Assembly (NCBI GenBank): GCA_002269645.1
Contig: NIVC01004746.1
Location: 1 to 36,319, forward strand
Direction: 5' to 3'
DNA length: 36,319 bases
Source of the DNA: Macrostomum lignano
Taxonomy: Eukaryota
Position numbers and translations under genes: made by a program. This document shows, one piece after another, positions 10,911 to 36,319 of the stretch. The notes under the pieces were generated by a model that did not search any database, was not told where the DNA came from, and saw only the letters and a list, made by a program, of their open reading frames with translations. Every line of letters starts with the position of its first letter. Positions within the stretch are counted from its first letter, which is position 1.

Positions 10911-11578
10911 ACCTAACGTCACCAATGTCTCTAATTCTAAGCGTTTCTTATGTAGTGACTATTTTTAATTACCGCACCTGTACGTTACTCCAGTACTCTG
11001 TAAAAGCGTTTTACATTAACTTTGGCATCAATATATCATTAGGAATCGCCCCACACCGAAAATGTGTTTCAATCGTCAGATTTTCAAGTAAAAAAATTCA
11101 GCAGATCCAACGAGTATGACTTATTAATTTCTTTTCAAATTCAAAGCTTCAAGACTGGCGAAACGGCATAAAATGGTTCATATTTTAATAATACGCACTG
11201 CCCACCGAAGGCCAAGGAGACACGCCGGCAATATCAACTAAAGGAACATAAGAGCCAGAACTGAGAGAAGTGTTCTTTCTGACGAAAATAGAATCAATAG
11301 AAGCGATGATGGTAGTGTAAATCCGGGAGTTGGGACTGTCGGACTGACTGACTGAATGGCAGCAAGATAAAAAAACGCAAATCTATCGTTCTGAACTAGT
11401 CAAAGTACTTGCAGTAGTAAACTGTTGTTAAGTTTTGTCACCAGGAGAGCAAACAGAAGACAAACAAGTTAATTCGGGGGCTTGGAAGACCTACTCGCTC
11501 GCTCACTGTCACACAGGAGGGGGGGGGCTAAAAAATTAATTCCGCTATTTGAGTAACCCAGTCCGAGGGCCAAGCAGT

Positions 11579-26584
<15,006 letters not shown>

Positions 26585-26854
26585 GTTGCTCGAGTCGAAA
26601 TCGTACGCGTGATTATTTTGATGCAGGTAGGGGGCCCGACGGACGGTGTTGGCGGCGGAGCCGTTGCTTTTGCTGGCGCTGGCGCCGCTGCTGCCGCCAA
26701 CACAGCCGACGGCGCTGTTGCATCGAAGACTTGGTACAGACAGAAAACCGAGATCTGCCGTGTTAAGTGCTTGCGAGGCATCTTGAACCGGGCATTTTTT
26801 ATTTGAAAGCGTTCCGGCCTAGGCTTCTATGTACATTGTGAAGTGAGGAAGGAA

Positions 26855-27245
26855 CTCTAGGGGTGTTGGGCAGGGATGAATGTACATTGTGGACTAGGGG
26901 TGCTGGGCGGGGCTGAGTGTACATTGTGGACTAGGGGTGCTGGGCGGGGCTGAATGTACATTGTGGATTAGGGGTGCTGGGCGGGGCTGAATGTACATTG
27001 TGGACTAGGGGTGCTGGGCGGGGCTGGATGTACATTCTGGACTGAAGGTGCTGGGCGGGGCTGAATGTACATTGTGGACTAGGGGTGCTGTGCGGGGCTG
27101 AATGTACATTGTGGACTAGGGGTGCTGGGCGGGGCTGAATGTACATTGTGGACTAGGGGTGCTGGGCGGGGCTGAATGTACATTCTGGACTGGGGGTGCT
27201 GGGCGGGGCTGAATGTACATTCTGGACAAGGGGTGCTGGACGGGA
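26855..27245 (+). repeat. 37-bp G-rich minisatellite upstream of the PSME4 ATG
   Basis: unit TGTACATTGTGGACTAGGGGTGCTGGGCGGGGCTGAA. Confidence 0.95.
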
Positions 27246-27563
27246 CTGCTCCGTGTGAAAATTATAGATAATATTGGTGTTAAACACCTAACTTACTTTA
27301 AAACAAGAAAGCAAGCCTGAATTATTAGCGTAAGCGCAAAAGGATTAAGTATATTGTTTTATTAATTATTCGACTGCAATACTAAGATCCCAAGCTTTTA
27401 GCTGGATAAGAGATTAACGCATGGCTTACAGTATAAAGAGTTCGCTTGAAAATAGTACTGACTCTGTACACAACATCAACGAAAAAATTACCGATTTTAC
27501 GTACTTGCGTATAACAGCTTTACGCAACAAAAAAACAGATTGTAACAAAGCTAGAAAAATTAC

Positions 27564-27611
27564 TTTTTATAGCCGGAAAATTTGCTTTCTGCTTTCTTCG
27601 TCTACGCCGAG
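27564..27611 (-). other. Candidate 48-nt upstream exon of PSME4 (5' UTR or N-terminal extension)
   Basis: ctatttcag| acceptor and AAA|GTAATT donor; one open frame (RRRRRKQKANFPAIK) stays in frame with PSME4 if joined to the cacggcag| acceptor at 26754. Confidence 0.35.
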
Positions 27612-27626
27612 CTGAAATAGGTTTCA

Positions 27627-28245
27627 CAGGGAGCTAGTGTACATGGAGGGGTGGGGTAGGGGTTGACAGGGAGCTATTGTACATGGAGGGGTGGGGTAGG
27701 GGTTGACAGGGAGCTAGTGTACATGGAGGGGTGGGGTAGGGGTTGACAGGGAGCTATTGTACATGGAGGGGTGGGGTAGGGGTTGACAGGGAGCTAGTGT
27801 ACATGGAGGGGTGGGGTAGGGGTTGACAGGGAGCTAGTGTACATGGAGGGGTGGGGTAGGGGTTGACAGGGAGCTATTGTACATGGAGGGGTGGGGTAGG
27901 GGTTGACAGGGAGCTAGTGTACATGGAGGGGTGGGGTAGGGGTTGACAGGGAGCTAGTGTACATGGAGGGGTGGGGTAGGGGTTGACAGGGAGCTAGTGT
28001 ACATGGAGGGGTGGGGTAGGGGTTGACAGGGAGCTAGTGTACATGGAGGGGTGGGGTAGGGGTTGACAGGGAGCTAGTGTACATGGAGGGGTGGGGTAGG
28101 GGTTGAAAGAGAGCTAGTGTACATGGAGGGTGGGGTAGGGGTTGAAAGAGAGCTAGTGTACATGGAGGGTGGGGTAGGGGTTGAAAGGGAGCTAGTGTAC
28201 ATGGAGGGGTGGGGTAGGGGTTGACAGGGAGCTAGTGTACATGGA
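27627..28245 (+). repeat. 40-bp G-quadruplex-motif minisatellite between TMEM86 and PSME4
   Basis: unit TGTACATGGAGGGGTGGGGTAGGGGTTGACAGGGAGCTAG, about 15 copies. Confidence 0.96.
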
Positions 28246-29081
28246 AGTGTGAAGTAGTGTTGGCATACCCACCCTAAATCCATATACTAAAATCTAAACT
28301 AAAGTTTATCACACGATAGAGTAAACACTTTACAGAGCGCAGTTAAGCAGAAAATACAAAAACTAAAATAATCGCAAATAAAATCAACCACTAAGCGAGA
28401 AGTAGTAACTAGTAACTCAGGAATAGTGCGCATCATTCAACCAGTTCCAAAGGTCATGGTTACAATTGCCAAAATTTGAAGAAAAAAAAACATAAGATTG
28501 TGACGAATTCTAAAAAAAACTAAATAATTCTAGATCAAAATTTAATTGAGGACAAACTGCAAAAATCCGATGTGGAAATGTTACACATTACAAAAGAGAA
28601 GTATCTCAATAGTGAAACGAATTGCATATAGGATTTATATTCCACCATATTTAATAGTATAGTTTAACGGTTTAGGCAAATTATGTAAACAAACAAACAA
28701 AAGTTCAAAAGGAAATATAATGGGAATATGTATCACCGTATCTATCAATTCAGACTTTTATTTACATTTACAATAGGAAATAAATGTTTGTAAAATTAAA
28801 CAAAAAACTAAAGTTTCGATTCAATGTGCGAACAGCCTGCTATAAGTAGTCAGTTTAAAATCTGGATGTTTTCTTTTATAAAATTGATCAATTGTGATTT
28901 ATTCTACTCGCGCATTCAAATAAAAACTTTAACAAACTAACGGTGCGGTAAGGTGTGTTGCGTTAACCAGAGAATATTTATTTGTGAAGAGGTGCAAGGA
29001 AAAAAAACTGAATCAATTCAAGCAGTCTGAAGCTTTATATTTCATTTCGTTCCAAGAACCAAGACAGTTTTGTGCCTACAA

Positions 29082-29564
29082 TTAATGCGCACAAACTCGT
29101 TTTCCAGGAAATCCATTGCCATTTTTCAGCAGGCCCTTCTTAGCATCATTATCCGAGCCTTTAGCGCTCAGACTGACAACCCGGTCCAGCTGGGAGTCCA
29201 GCACAGAAAAGGCGATTCCCAGTTGAGCGCCATAGTAAGTAGACATAATGACGGCATTGGCATGCGGCAGCGGCGTTACAAACTTATTCACGGCGATGCA
29301 GAAGTCGCTGACGACGAACAGGGCAGCTCCGACCGCGCCAGCGAGGCTGGTGCAGCCGCCAAGAGACTTCTCGAATCGGACTCGAGCAACGGCCCGCCAG
29401 AACATGACGAATATTAAAGCGGTGTAAACCAGACCCACGTAGCGCATCAGGACCGAGTTGGCCCGAGGAAACACAGACAGGTAGGCGGCCACGGCAACCA
29501 GGCTGGCTGACAGGCCGACTCGGGGGCGCAGCGGCGACATGCCGAAGGCCCAGGCGTACGCCAC
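29082..29564 (-). CDS. TMEM86A: TMEM86-like last exon
   Basis: VAYAWAFG...SDFCIAVNKF...MSTYYGAQ; AATAAA on minus strand at 28982-28977 and 28903-28898. Confidence 0.9.
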   Translation of the reverse strand: MAYAWAFGMSPLRPRVGLSASLVAVAAYLSVFPRANSVLMRYVGLVYTALIFVMFWRAVARVRFEKSLGGCTSLAGAVGAALFVVSDFCIAVNKFVTPLPHANAVIMSTYYGAQLGIAFSVLDSQLDRVVSLSAKGSDNDAKKGLLKNGNGFPGKRVCAH

Positions 29565-30608
29565 CTAAGCATGACATGGAAGAGTGCTGGCGATGCTAAT
29601 GATGTCATGGAAGAATGTGCTGGCGATGCTAATAGTGTCATGGAAGAGTGTGCTGGCGATGCTAATGGTGTCATGGAAGAATGTGCTGGCGAAGCTAATG
29701 ATGTCATGGAAGAATGTGCTGGCGATGCTAATGGTGTCATGGAAGAATGTGCTGGCGAAGCTAATGATGTTATGGAAGAATGTGCTGGCGATGCTAATGG
29801 TGTCATGGAAGAGTGTGCTGACGATGCTAATGGTGTCATGGAAGAATGTGCTGGCGAAGCTAATGATGTCATGGAAGAATGTGCTGGCGATGCTAATGGT
29901 GTCATGGAAGAATGTGCTGGCGATGCTAATGGTGTCATGGAAGAATGTGCTGGGCATGCTAATGGTGTCATGGAAGAATGTGCTGGCGATGCTAATGATG
30001 TCATGGAAGAATGTGCTGGCGATGCTAATGATGCCATGGAAGAATGTGCTGGCGATGCTAATGGTGTCATGGAAGGATGTGCTGGCGATGCTAATGGTGT
30101 CATGGAAGAATGTGCTGGAGATGCTAATGGTGTCATGGAAGAATGTGCTGGCGATGCTAATGGTGTCATGGAAGAATGTGCTGGCGATGCTAATGGTGTC
30201 ATGGAAGAGTGTGCTGGCGATGCTAATGGTGTCATGGAAGAATGTGGTAAGCTTTGTTATGCTAATGATGTGGCATAGGGAAATTTGGTATGCTAAGAAG
30301 CAGCATAAAGACAGCAAACTTACCTGAGCAACAGCAAACAGGCACATGCCAAACAGAAAGAATCCGTCAAACACGAGAGCGATATCGCCAAGCAGCGAGA
30401 AGCACAAGCCAATTAGAATTCGCCTGTTATAAGCATAGGCATCGCTCAGGCTCAGGCCGTGGCTGATCACAAAGCCAATCAGACAGCAGATTGGAATGCA
30501 TTTGAACAGCAGGTAGAGCAGATGGCCCGGCGACTTTTCGGGGAACAGGATGAAGAAAATGGCCGCCGATTTCAGGAATGGCACTAGACGGGGTCCGGCA
30601 CTTTTTAA
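29082..30608 (-). CDS. TMEM86A: TMEM86/YhhN-family lysoplasmalogenase, 5'-incomplete (start codon outside visible exons), at least 255 aa
   Basis: complement join(30608-30324,29564-29082). LKSAGPRLVPFLKS, FKCIPICCL, GLCFSLLGDIALV, FWRAVAR, GAALFVVSDFCIAVNKF, IMSTYYGAQ match TMEM86 motifs. Acceptor ttattattgtag| at 30609, donor CAG|GTAAGT, acceptor catgcttag|, stop TAA 29084-29082. Confidence 0.9.
29570..30246. repeat. 33-bp minisatellite, TMEM86 intron
   Basis: plus-strand unit GTCATGGAAGAATGTGCTGGCGATGCTAATGGT, about 20 copies. Confidence 0.97.
30324..30608 (-). CDS. TMEM86A: TMEM86-like exon A
   Basis: phase 0 at both ends; 95 codons; first in-frame ATG is very late in the exon (GMCLF). 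Confidence 0.88.
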
Positions 30609-31016
30609 CTACAATAATAATAAATTAACGATAAGTAAGTAATTTAAATTATAAATTGTTTGTTACATTTAGCACCAAAGCACTTGACTACTAGGACAAG
30701 CACTTGACAGAAAGCAAAAATTGAAAATTAATATTACCTACAATAATAAAAACCAAATTAAAAGCCTATAGGTGCCTCAACAAAAGTTCTTTAAACTTGC
30801 AATTTATTTACCTACCTCTTATACACTATTATCATTTTATTCATAATCAGTGCTATAAGGCAAAGTAACTTGTATAAAATTATTAGAAATATTTATAAAT
30901 ATAGAATTGAAGTGAGAGGAAAGAGAATAAAGAAGAGAAAAGAAGGAAAAAAAATAAAAGATAAGAAGGGAGGGAATGGGTAGGCAGAACAAAGTCAAAA
31001 ACATACATGCACAACT

Positions 31017-31158
31017 TTAGGAATCACCCAGTGGTTTTTATTGGCAACACACACACATGTAAGTCGCTATTGGCTAAGAGCAGTCATGTGACTACTATTT
31101 TATCCAATAGTGACATCATGTGTGTGTTGCCAATAGAAATGACCCTGGTGAATCCCAA
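31017..31158. repeat. 142-bp imperfect palindrome (MITE-like hairpin)
   Basis: TATTGGCAACACACACACATG mirrors CATGTGTGTGTTGCCAATA; GTCGCTATTGG mirrors CCAATAGTGAC; centre AGTCATGTGACT at 31082-31093. Confidence 0.8.
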
Positions 31159-32856
31159 GGTTGCACCCAAGCACAAGCATGGTCAAAAAGGCAATCAAAT
31201 TGATAGGCATTAAGTGCCATAGATACATTCTATACTAGGCCTTATCTATAGAATACTGTTCATATTTGCATTTTTACTCTATCTATGACATTCTTAGTAA
31301 ATGTTGTTAGTTAATGGTATATGGCAACCATAAAAAAAGTTATCGTGATTTTTGAAAAATTGATATAGGATCTACAGATAATATGAGAAATTTTTTTTAT
31401 GATAGAACTCTAATTAAAATGTCTTTTAGACATTTTTTAAAAAATTATATTCTACTTTAAATACTAATAATATATTTGTTTTTTTGAATTATAAAAATTG
31501 CTAAAACATGTTATATATAGAAAAATTATAAATTATTGATCATAGGTCAATAAGTTATAATTATTATTGATTTTGATATTTGCAATTGTATAGGCCTCTT
31601 ATACTTACAATTACAAAGATAGGCTTATTTATCATAAATCAAGATAACAATATAAAAGTAATTTAAAACTAGGCCTATATTTTATTAAATTTAAAAGCTA
31701 TATTTTACCCCACACTTAAATACACAACTGCCATGTCTATAATGTTAGAGCTTATAAATAAACATGGCAAGTGATAGCCATGTCTATAATAGGATATATC
31801 TTAAACTAAAGATAAAGCAGCCTATATAGTATTAATATCCATGTTGTTATTATTGACTTAACACTTAGAGACAAAGAAAAAACTTAGACAAAAAGGTGGC
31901 AATGTTCCCAATATAGAATCTATTTAATACTAGAGATTATGGCTATTTCTTTGTTACCAAAATATAAAGCCATGGTACATTGTATGCTTAATATTATAAA
32001 CATGTAGATATATCTATAAGCTCCAAAACCCTACTTCCAAATCTTACATATATGCCAAAAAATTCTAGCCATATACTAGCACAGTGGAGCATAAATTTAT
32101 TATGATATAGTTGTTATAATATGCTAGGTATTATATGACAAGCATATTTTCAAGTCATTTATACAAAGGAATTTTCTAGCATATATATATAAGATTTAGG
32201 AGTGGGGCTCCAACATGATAGACATAACAGTATAATATATTTAGTTTTTATAGTTGGGTCAAATAATTTTAATCTATACTCATTTCAACCATAATGCAAT
32301 GCAATGCAATGGCTAGGTATCTACCTGCACTGACAACAATATTTCTAAATCAGTGATCTTTAAAAGCTAACCAAATTATGTCATTTATATTTTTATGTTA
32401 AAGGCTAGTTGGAATGAAATCAATTGATAGAGTTTTTGAAGCTCACCTTAGCAAATTCATATGTGGAGGTATTTTCTAAGGAACCAATTTGGAAACATCC
32501 TAAATGGCTATATTGGACACAATATTATTATTAATGCTAAAGACTGTTTTGTGAACTTTGTGACATTTGATAATAAAATGTCAAAATGTTTGATAATAAA
32601 CCGATTTGGTGGCCAACCAAGGAAGTTGCAAAAATGCCCACCCAAAAGAATACCCCAAGTAGTAGTACTAAGTAGCTGACGAGGCATTCTTGCTTAGTAA
32701 GACAGTTATAGTTACTCTTGCTGTTTACCCAAAGTTGCAATTATTTTGCTTTAAGGTTTTTTTACATGTAAGTTGCATTTTTGGCCAAAAACTACGTTGC
32801 ATTTTTGTTAAAACTAAGTTGTACAGCCAACTGAATTTTCAAGGTTGCGCATGTAT

Positions 32857-34977
32857 GTGATTGGAAAATGATGCTATGTAGTCTTGCGGGATCTCTGCAG
32901 TCCAACCAAGCCAATAGATCTGCAATATAGCGCCCTCACCAAGCACCTTCAAAAGTATTTCAAACCAAAAAAGCCAGTAATTGCTAAATAGTTCAAGTTC
33001 TACAAGCAAACACAAAAGGACAAAGAGACAGCTGCTCAATTTCTGGCTGCACTGTGGAATCTGGCTGATTTGTGCAAGTTTGGAGGGTTTCAAGAAGAAG
33101 CTCTCCGAGACTGTTTCATCTGCAGTCTTTGGGACTAGTGGACCTAGCAACAACTCCTGATAGAGGAGAATCTCACATTGGATGCAGCCAAGAAAATTGC
33201 CCTTGCTATAGAGATTGCAAAGTTGGAAACTGAGCAATGGAAATTGAGCTCAAAGGTCAGCTCAGTCTAGCAGGTAGCACTAGACTCAAAGGCATACTAT
33301 AGGTGTGGATTCAAAGGCCACCTGTTGATAGCCTACCACTTCAGGACTATAAAGTGCCACAACTGCGGGAAAGTTGGACACCTATAGAAAGTTTGTTGCT
33401 CAGCCAAGAAAGCCTCCAATATAATGAAAGCTGGATAGCCAAAGAACGGACCAGCACATGCAATGCAAATGGAAGAGAAAGCAGAAACAGGCTGGATTTT
33501 GCAAGTCACTGTATTGGCCAAGAAGATCAGTGTAAGCCTACAGGTCAATGACCAGTCCCTCACCATGCAGCTAGACACTAGTGCCTGCATCAGCCTTGTA
33601 CCAGAGTTGGTATGGAAGCAGCTCAGCCGACCTCCACTGATACCAACATGCCTGTGACTCTGGGCCTAGACAGGTGAGCCAATACAAGTCAAGAAAATAG
33701 CCAAGGTCATTCTAAACTATAACAGAAGACAGCATGATAAGCTGCTGCTAATGGTCACCAATCAGACCAGAGCCTACTTATTGCTAGGATGCAATTGGCT
33801 AGAAAAAGTGCAGCTCAACTGGACTTAGTTGTTTGCCAACCAGATCAGCTAGGCGTTGGTGCAGAATAGCAAGTCTCTTGACCAGATGCTAGAGAAGTTT
33901 GCTAATGTTTTCAATGAGAGCCTGGGGCAGTTGAAGGATCAGACAGTTGTACTGAGACTCAAAAGTGATGCATAGCCTTGATTCTACAAGGCCAGACCCG
34001 TACCATTCGCAGTGCGGGACAAGCTGGAGCTTGAGCTCTAGGACATGCTCAATAAAGGCATTATCTGCCCAGTGACCTATAGCGAATGGGCTACACTAGT
34101 GGTTCTGGTACTCAAGGCAGATGGCTTAGTTCGACTATGAGGCAACTATAAACTGACATTGAACCCTCAGCTCCACATTGACCAATACCCGCTGCCAATG
34201 CCTAAAGAGCTTTAGGAGCAGATGGGACAGGGTCAGCTGTTCTAAAAACTCAATCTATCACAATGTAATCTTCAGTTTCCACTTGACAAAGAGAGCTATA
34301 AGCTAATGACTATCAACATGTATAAAGGGCTTTTTGAATATTTCCAGTTGCCATTTGGTGTCAGTTCAGTTCAGTTTGGATCATTAGTTGTTGATGACAA
34401 TTTTTGGACCAAAGGTTAACATCTCCCTAACTGCAGCAGGGGGACTTCAGAGAAAGGCACTGTTACTATTAGGGTACAGCTACAGCATCTGGCTCCACAA
34501 GACTGCTCAGCATAGCAATGCAGATGGCCTGTCTTGCTTGCCCCTGCAGATGAAGGATGATAGCCTAGACAATGACAATCGGGTCTGTCAGCTAATGGGC
34601 AAGTTCCCTTTGATGGTAACAGATGTAGCGACAGCAACAAAGCGAGATGACAAGCTCCAATATGTTTTCCAGATAATAATGACTGGCTGGCCAGAGTCAG
34701 TTCCACCACAGCTCAAGCCCTACTTTTGTTGTTGACTAGAACTAAGCATAGAAGATGGCTGTATGATCTGGGGAACTCGCATATTGGTTTTAGAAGCATT
34801 GCGACCTAGAGTTCTGCATGAGTTACATGTGGAACATTTCGGTAAGGCCTAGATGAAAAGTGTTGCCAGAACCTTTGTCTGGTGGCCAGGAATGAATGCT
34901 GTCATTAAGTTGGTTGCCAGTAGCTGCCAATACTACCAATCTGTTAAGCTAAATCCAATGCTAGCTCCACTGCACTC
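32857..34977 (+). mobile_element. Degenerate Ty3/Gypsy LTR-retrotransposon remnant (gag, protease, partial RT, RNase H end, integrase zinc finger)
   Basis: gag LC.P.KP...PKKPVIA..FKFYK, ALRD.F.C.L; zinc knuckles (C>Y)YRCG..GH and KCHNCGKVGH; protease LDT(G>S)A; FYKARPVPF; YSEWAT(P>L)VV; YKLTLNPQL.IDQYPLP; LPFGVSS; LQR.AL.L..Y, HSNADGLS.LP; integrase LHELH..H.G..MKSVAR.FVWWPG..SC. Many nonsense codons; no LTRs recognised. Confidence 0.92.
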
Positions 34978-36319
34978 GCCACCCGTGGTAAAGCTGCAAA
35001 AACTATAAACCAATTCTAGGCGACGCCCTCCCTTCACTTTTGTCTCACAATCCCCCCAGTTAAATGGACATATGTTTTATATTGTAGGGTGATTGTAAGA
35101 CAAAATTGAGCTCAGTTTCATCTTGCAATCACCTACATAATTTCACCATTTAAATGATTATATGATGAAAGTGAATGTAAGCTATGCATTTCTATAAGAT
35201 GCAAGATTTGATACTACAATAAAAATATGCTTATAAGTGGTCCTATTTTAAAGTTTGATTTTAAGAGCAGTTTTAACTATGGGGGTCTTCTATGGGGGAT
35301 TATATAACAAAAGTCCTGACTCCCATAGGCATAGGGATAGTGCTATGTGATTGTAAAATGAAAGAATGCCCTATAGCCTTTAAGCCTTATTTTAAAATAT
35401 ATCAAAATATTACTATGAGTATCATGTAGGTCTATTTCAATAAAAATGATTTACCATAAAAAACTGAATTTATACTAATAATATGGCTATTGATAGCATT
35501 GTGCCAATCCGCAATCCCCAATGCATATATATAGTCAAAACAACAAGAAAACTTACAGCGTTGCATATGTGAGTCATTTAATCTTTTTATTTTAGAACTT
35601 TCTGATGATATGAACAACGTAAACTGTTGAACTGCTAGGTGTACTAGGCTTAATTGTTAATTGTATTGTAACAACAATGTCAATGTTGGCCTTATTTTTT
35701 AATGTTAGTAATGAGAAATAAAAGCCTCTATTCTCTTTGGATGGGTTTACCTAAAACAAGGGCTGCGAAATAATATTTCGAACTACGAAAACTTATAATA
35801 GCCTAGCACCAAACAAACGTGCTGAACCTTATTTCCAGTCTATTATCTATGTGACAGTGTAAAGATAGTGACGCACGTACTTCTTTTAAGTCAGATGACT
35901 GACTTGACTTACGTTAGTTTCAAATATATTATGCTAAAATTAAAAGCAACTTTACAAAAATATTTTTAAAAAGTTAAAAACCTAATCGTTCGTATCACAA
36001 ACGCTTTTTACTAAATTTGTTTAATTTTGTTTAATTTTATAAACTGCGTTTATTGTGGGTTAATTTTAATTTGTAGAAAAAAATGAACCGCTTTTCAGTT
36101 GTTTATTCATTTACTGTCTTTTAATTCCCTATTTAAATCGTCGTTATTCGTAAAGTTCTTTCGAAGTTTTGTTTATGTTCGTTTTTCACGCTTTGATATA
36201 TCACGCGCTTTCAAAAATACTACATCTTTTTACAAACTCGCTTACCAAAGTAATCTCGCAATTAAAGATATACCTCGTAATTTGTACTCATTTTGTATTA
36301 ATATTTATACTCGTTATTA

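Noticed and set aside
29447-30327. Plus-strand 235-aa and 247-aa ORFs and a minus-strand 262-aa ORF over the 33-bp array
   Set aside because: Frames stay open only because the unit length is a multiple of three; antisense or out of frame to TMEM86.
35141-35150. ATG|GTGAAA on the minus strand as a cis first exon for TMEM86
   Set aside because: Phase-compatible, but it lies in AT-rich decayed sequence where such a motif is expected by chance; left as an untested alternative to the SL model.

Overview
Eukaryotic (metazoan) genomic DNA with spliced, GC3-rich exons and AT-rich or minisatellite-filled introns. The style suggests a free-living flatworm such as Macrostomum, but this is inference, not a database match. 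Three genes can be reconstructed with GT-AG introns and consistent phases. (1) A + strand MTMR3/4-type myotubularin phosphoinositide phosphatase with intact HCSDGWDRT and a C-terminal FYVE finger (5 exons, 2704-9308, 747 aa). (2) A - strand proteasome activator PA200/Blm10 (PSME4; 15 exons, 26584-11579, 1993 aa, ending in YYA). (3) A - strand TMEM86/YhhN lysoplasmalogenase (30608-29082) whose start codon is not in the visible exons. Most introns carry their own tandem array (20-40 bp units or GACA/TGTC microsatellite). There is also a CORE-type SINE, a second tRNA-like SINE head, a 142-bp palindrome, and a hypermutated, internally deleted Ty3/Gypsy remnant (32857-34977). Best leads: (a) many minisatellites are built from splice signals, and in some cases the terminal unit supplies the real splice site; (b) TMEM86 lacks an ATG behind an unpaired phase-0 acceptor, which a flatworm spliced leader ending in AUG would fix, possibly in a TMEM86-PSME4 operon; (c) the Gypsy relic shows C-to-T hypermutation concentrated in CAG and CG contexts without frameshifts, resembling RIP or non-CG methylation.
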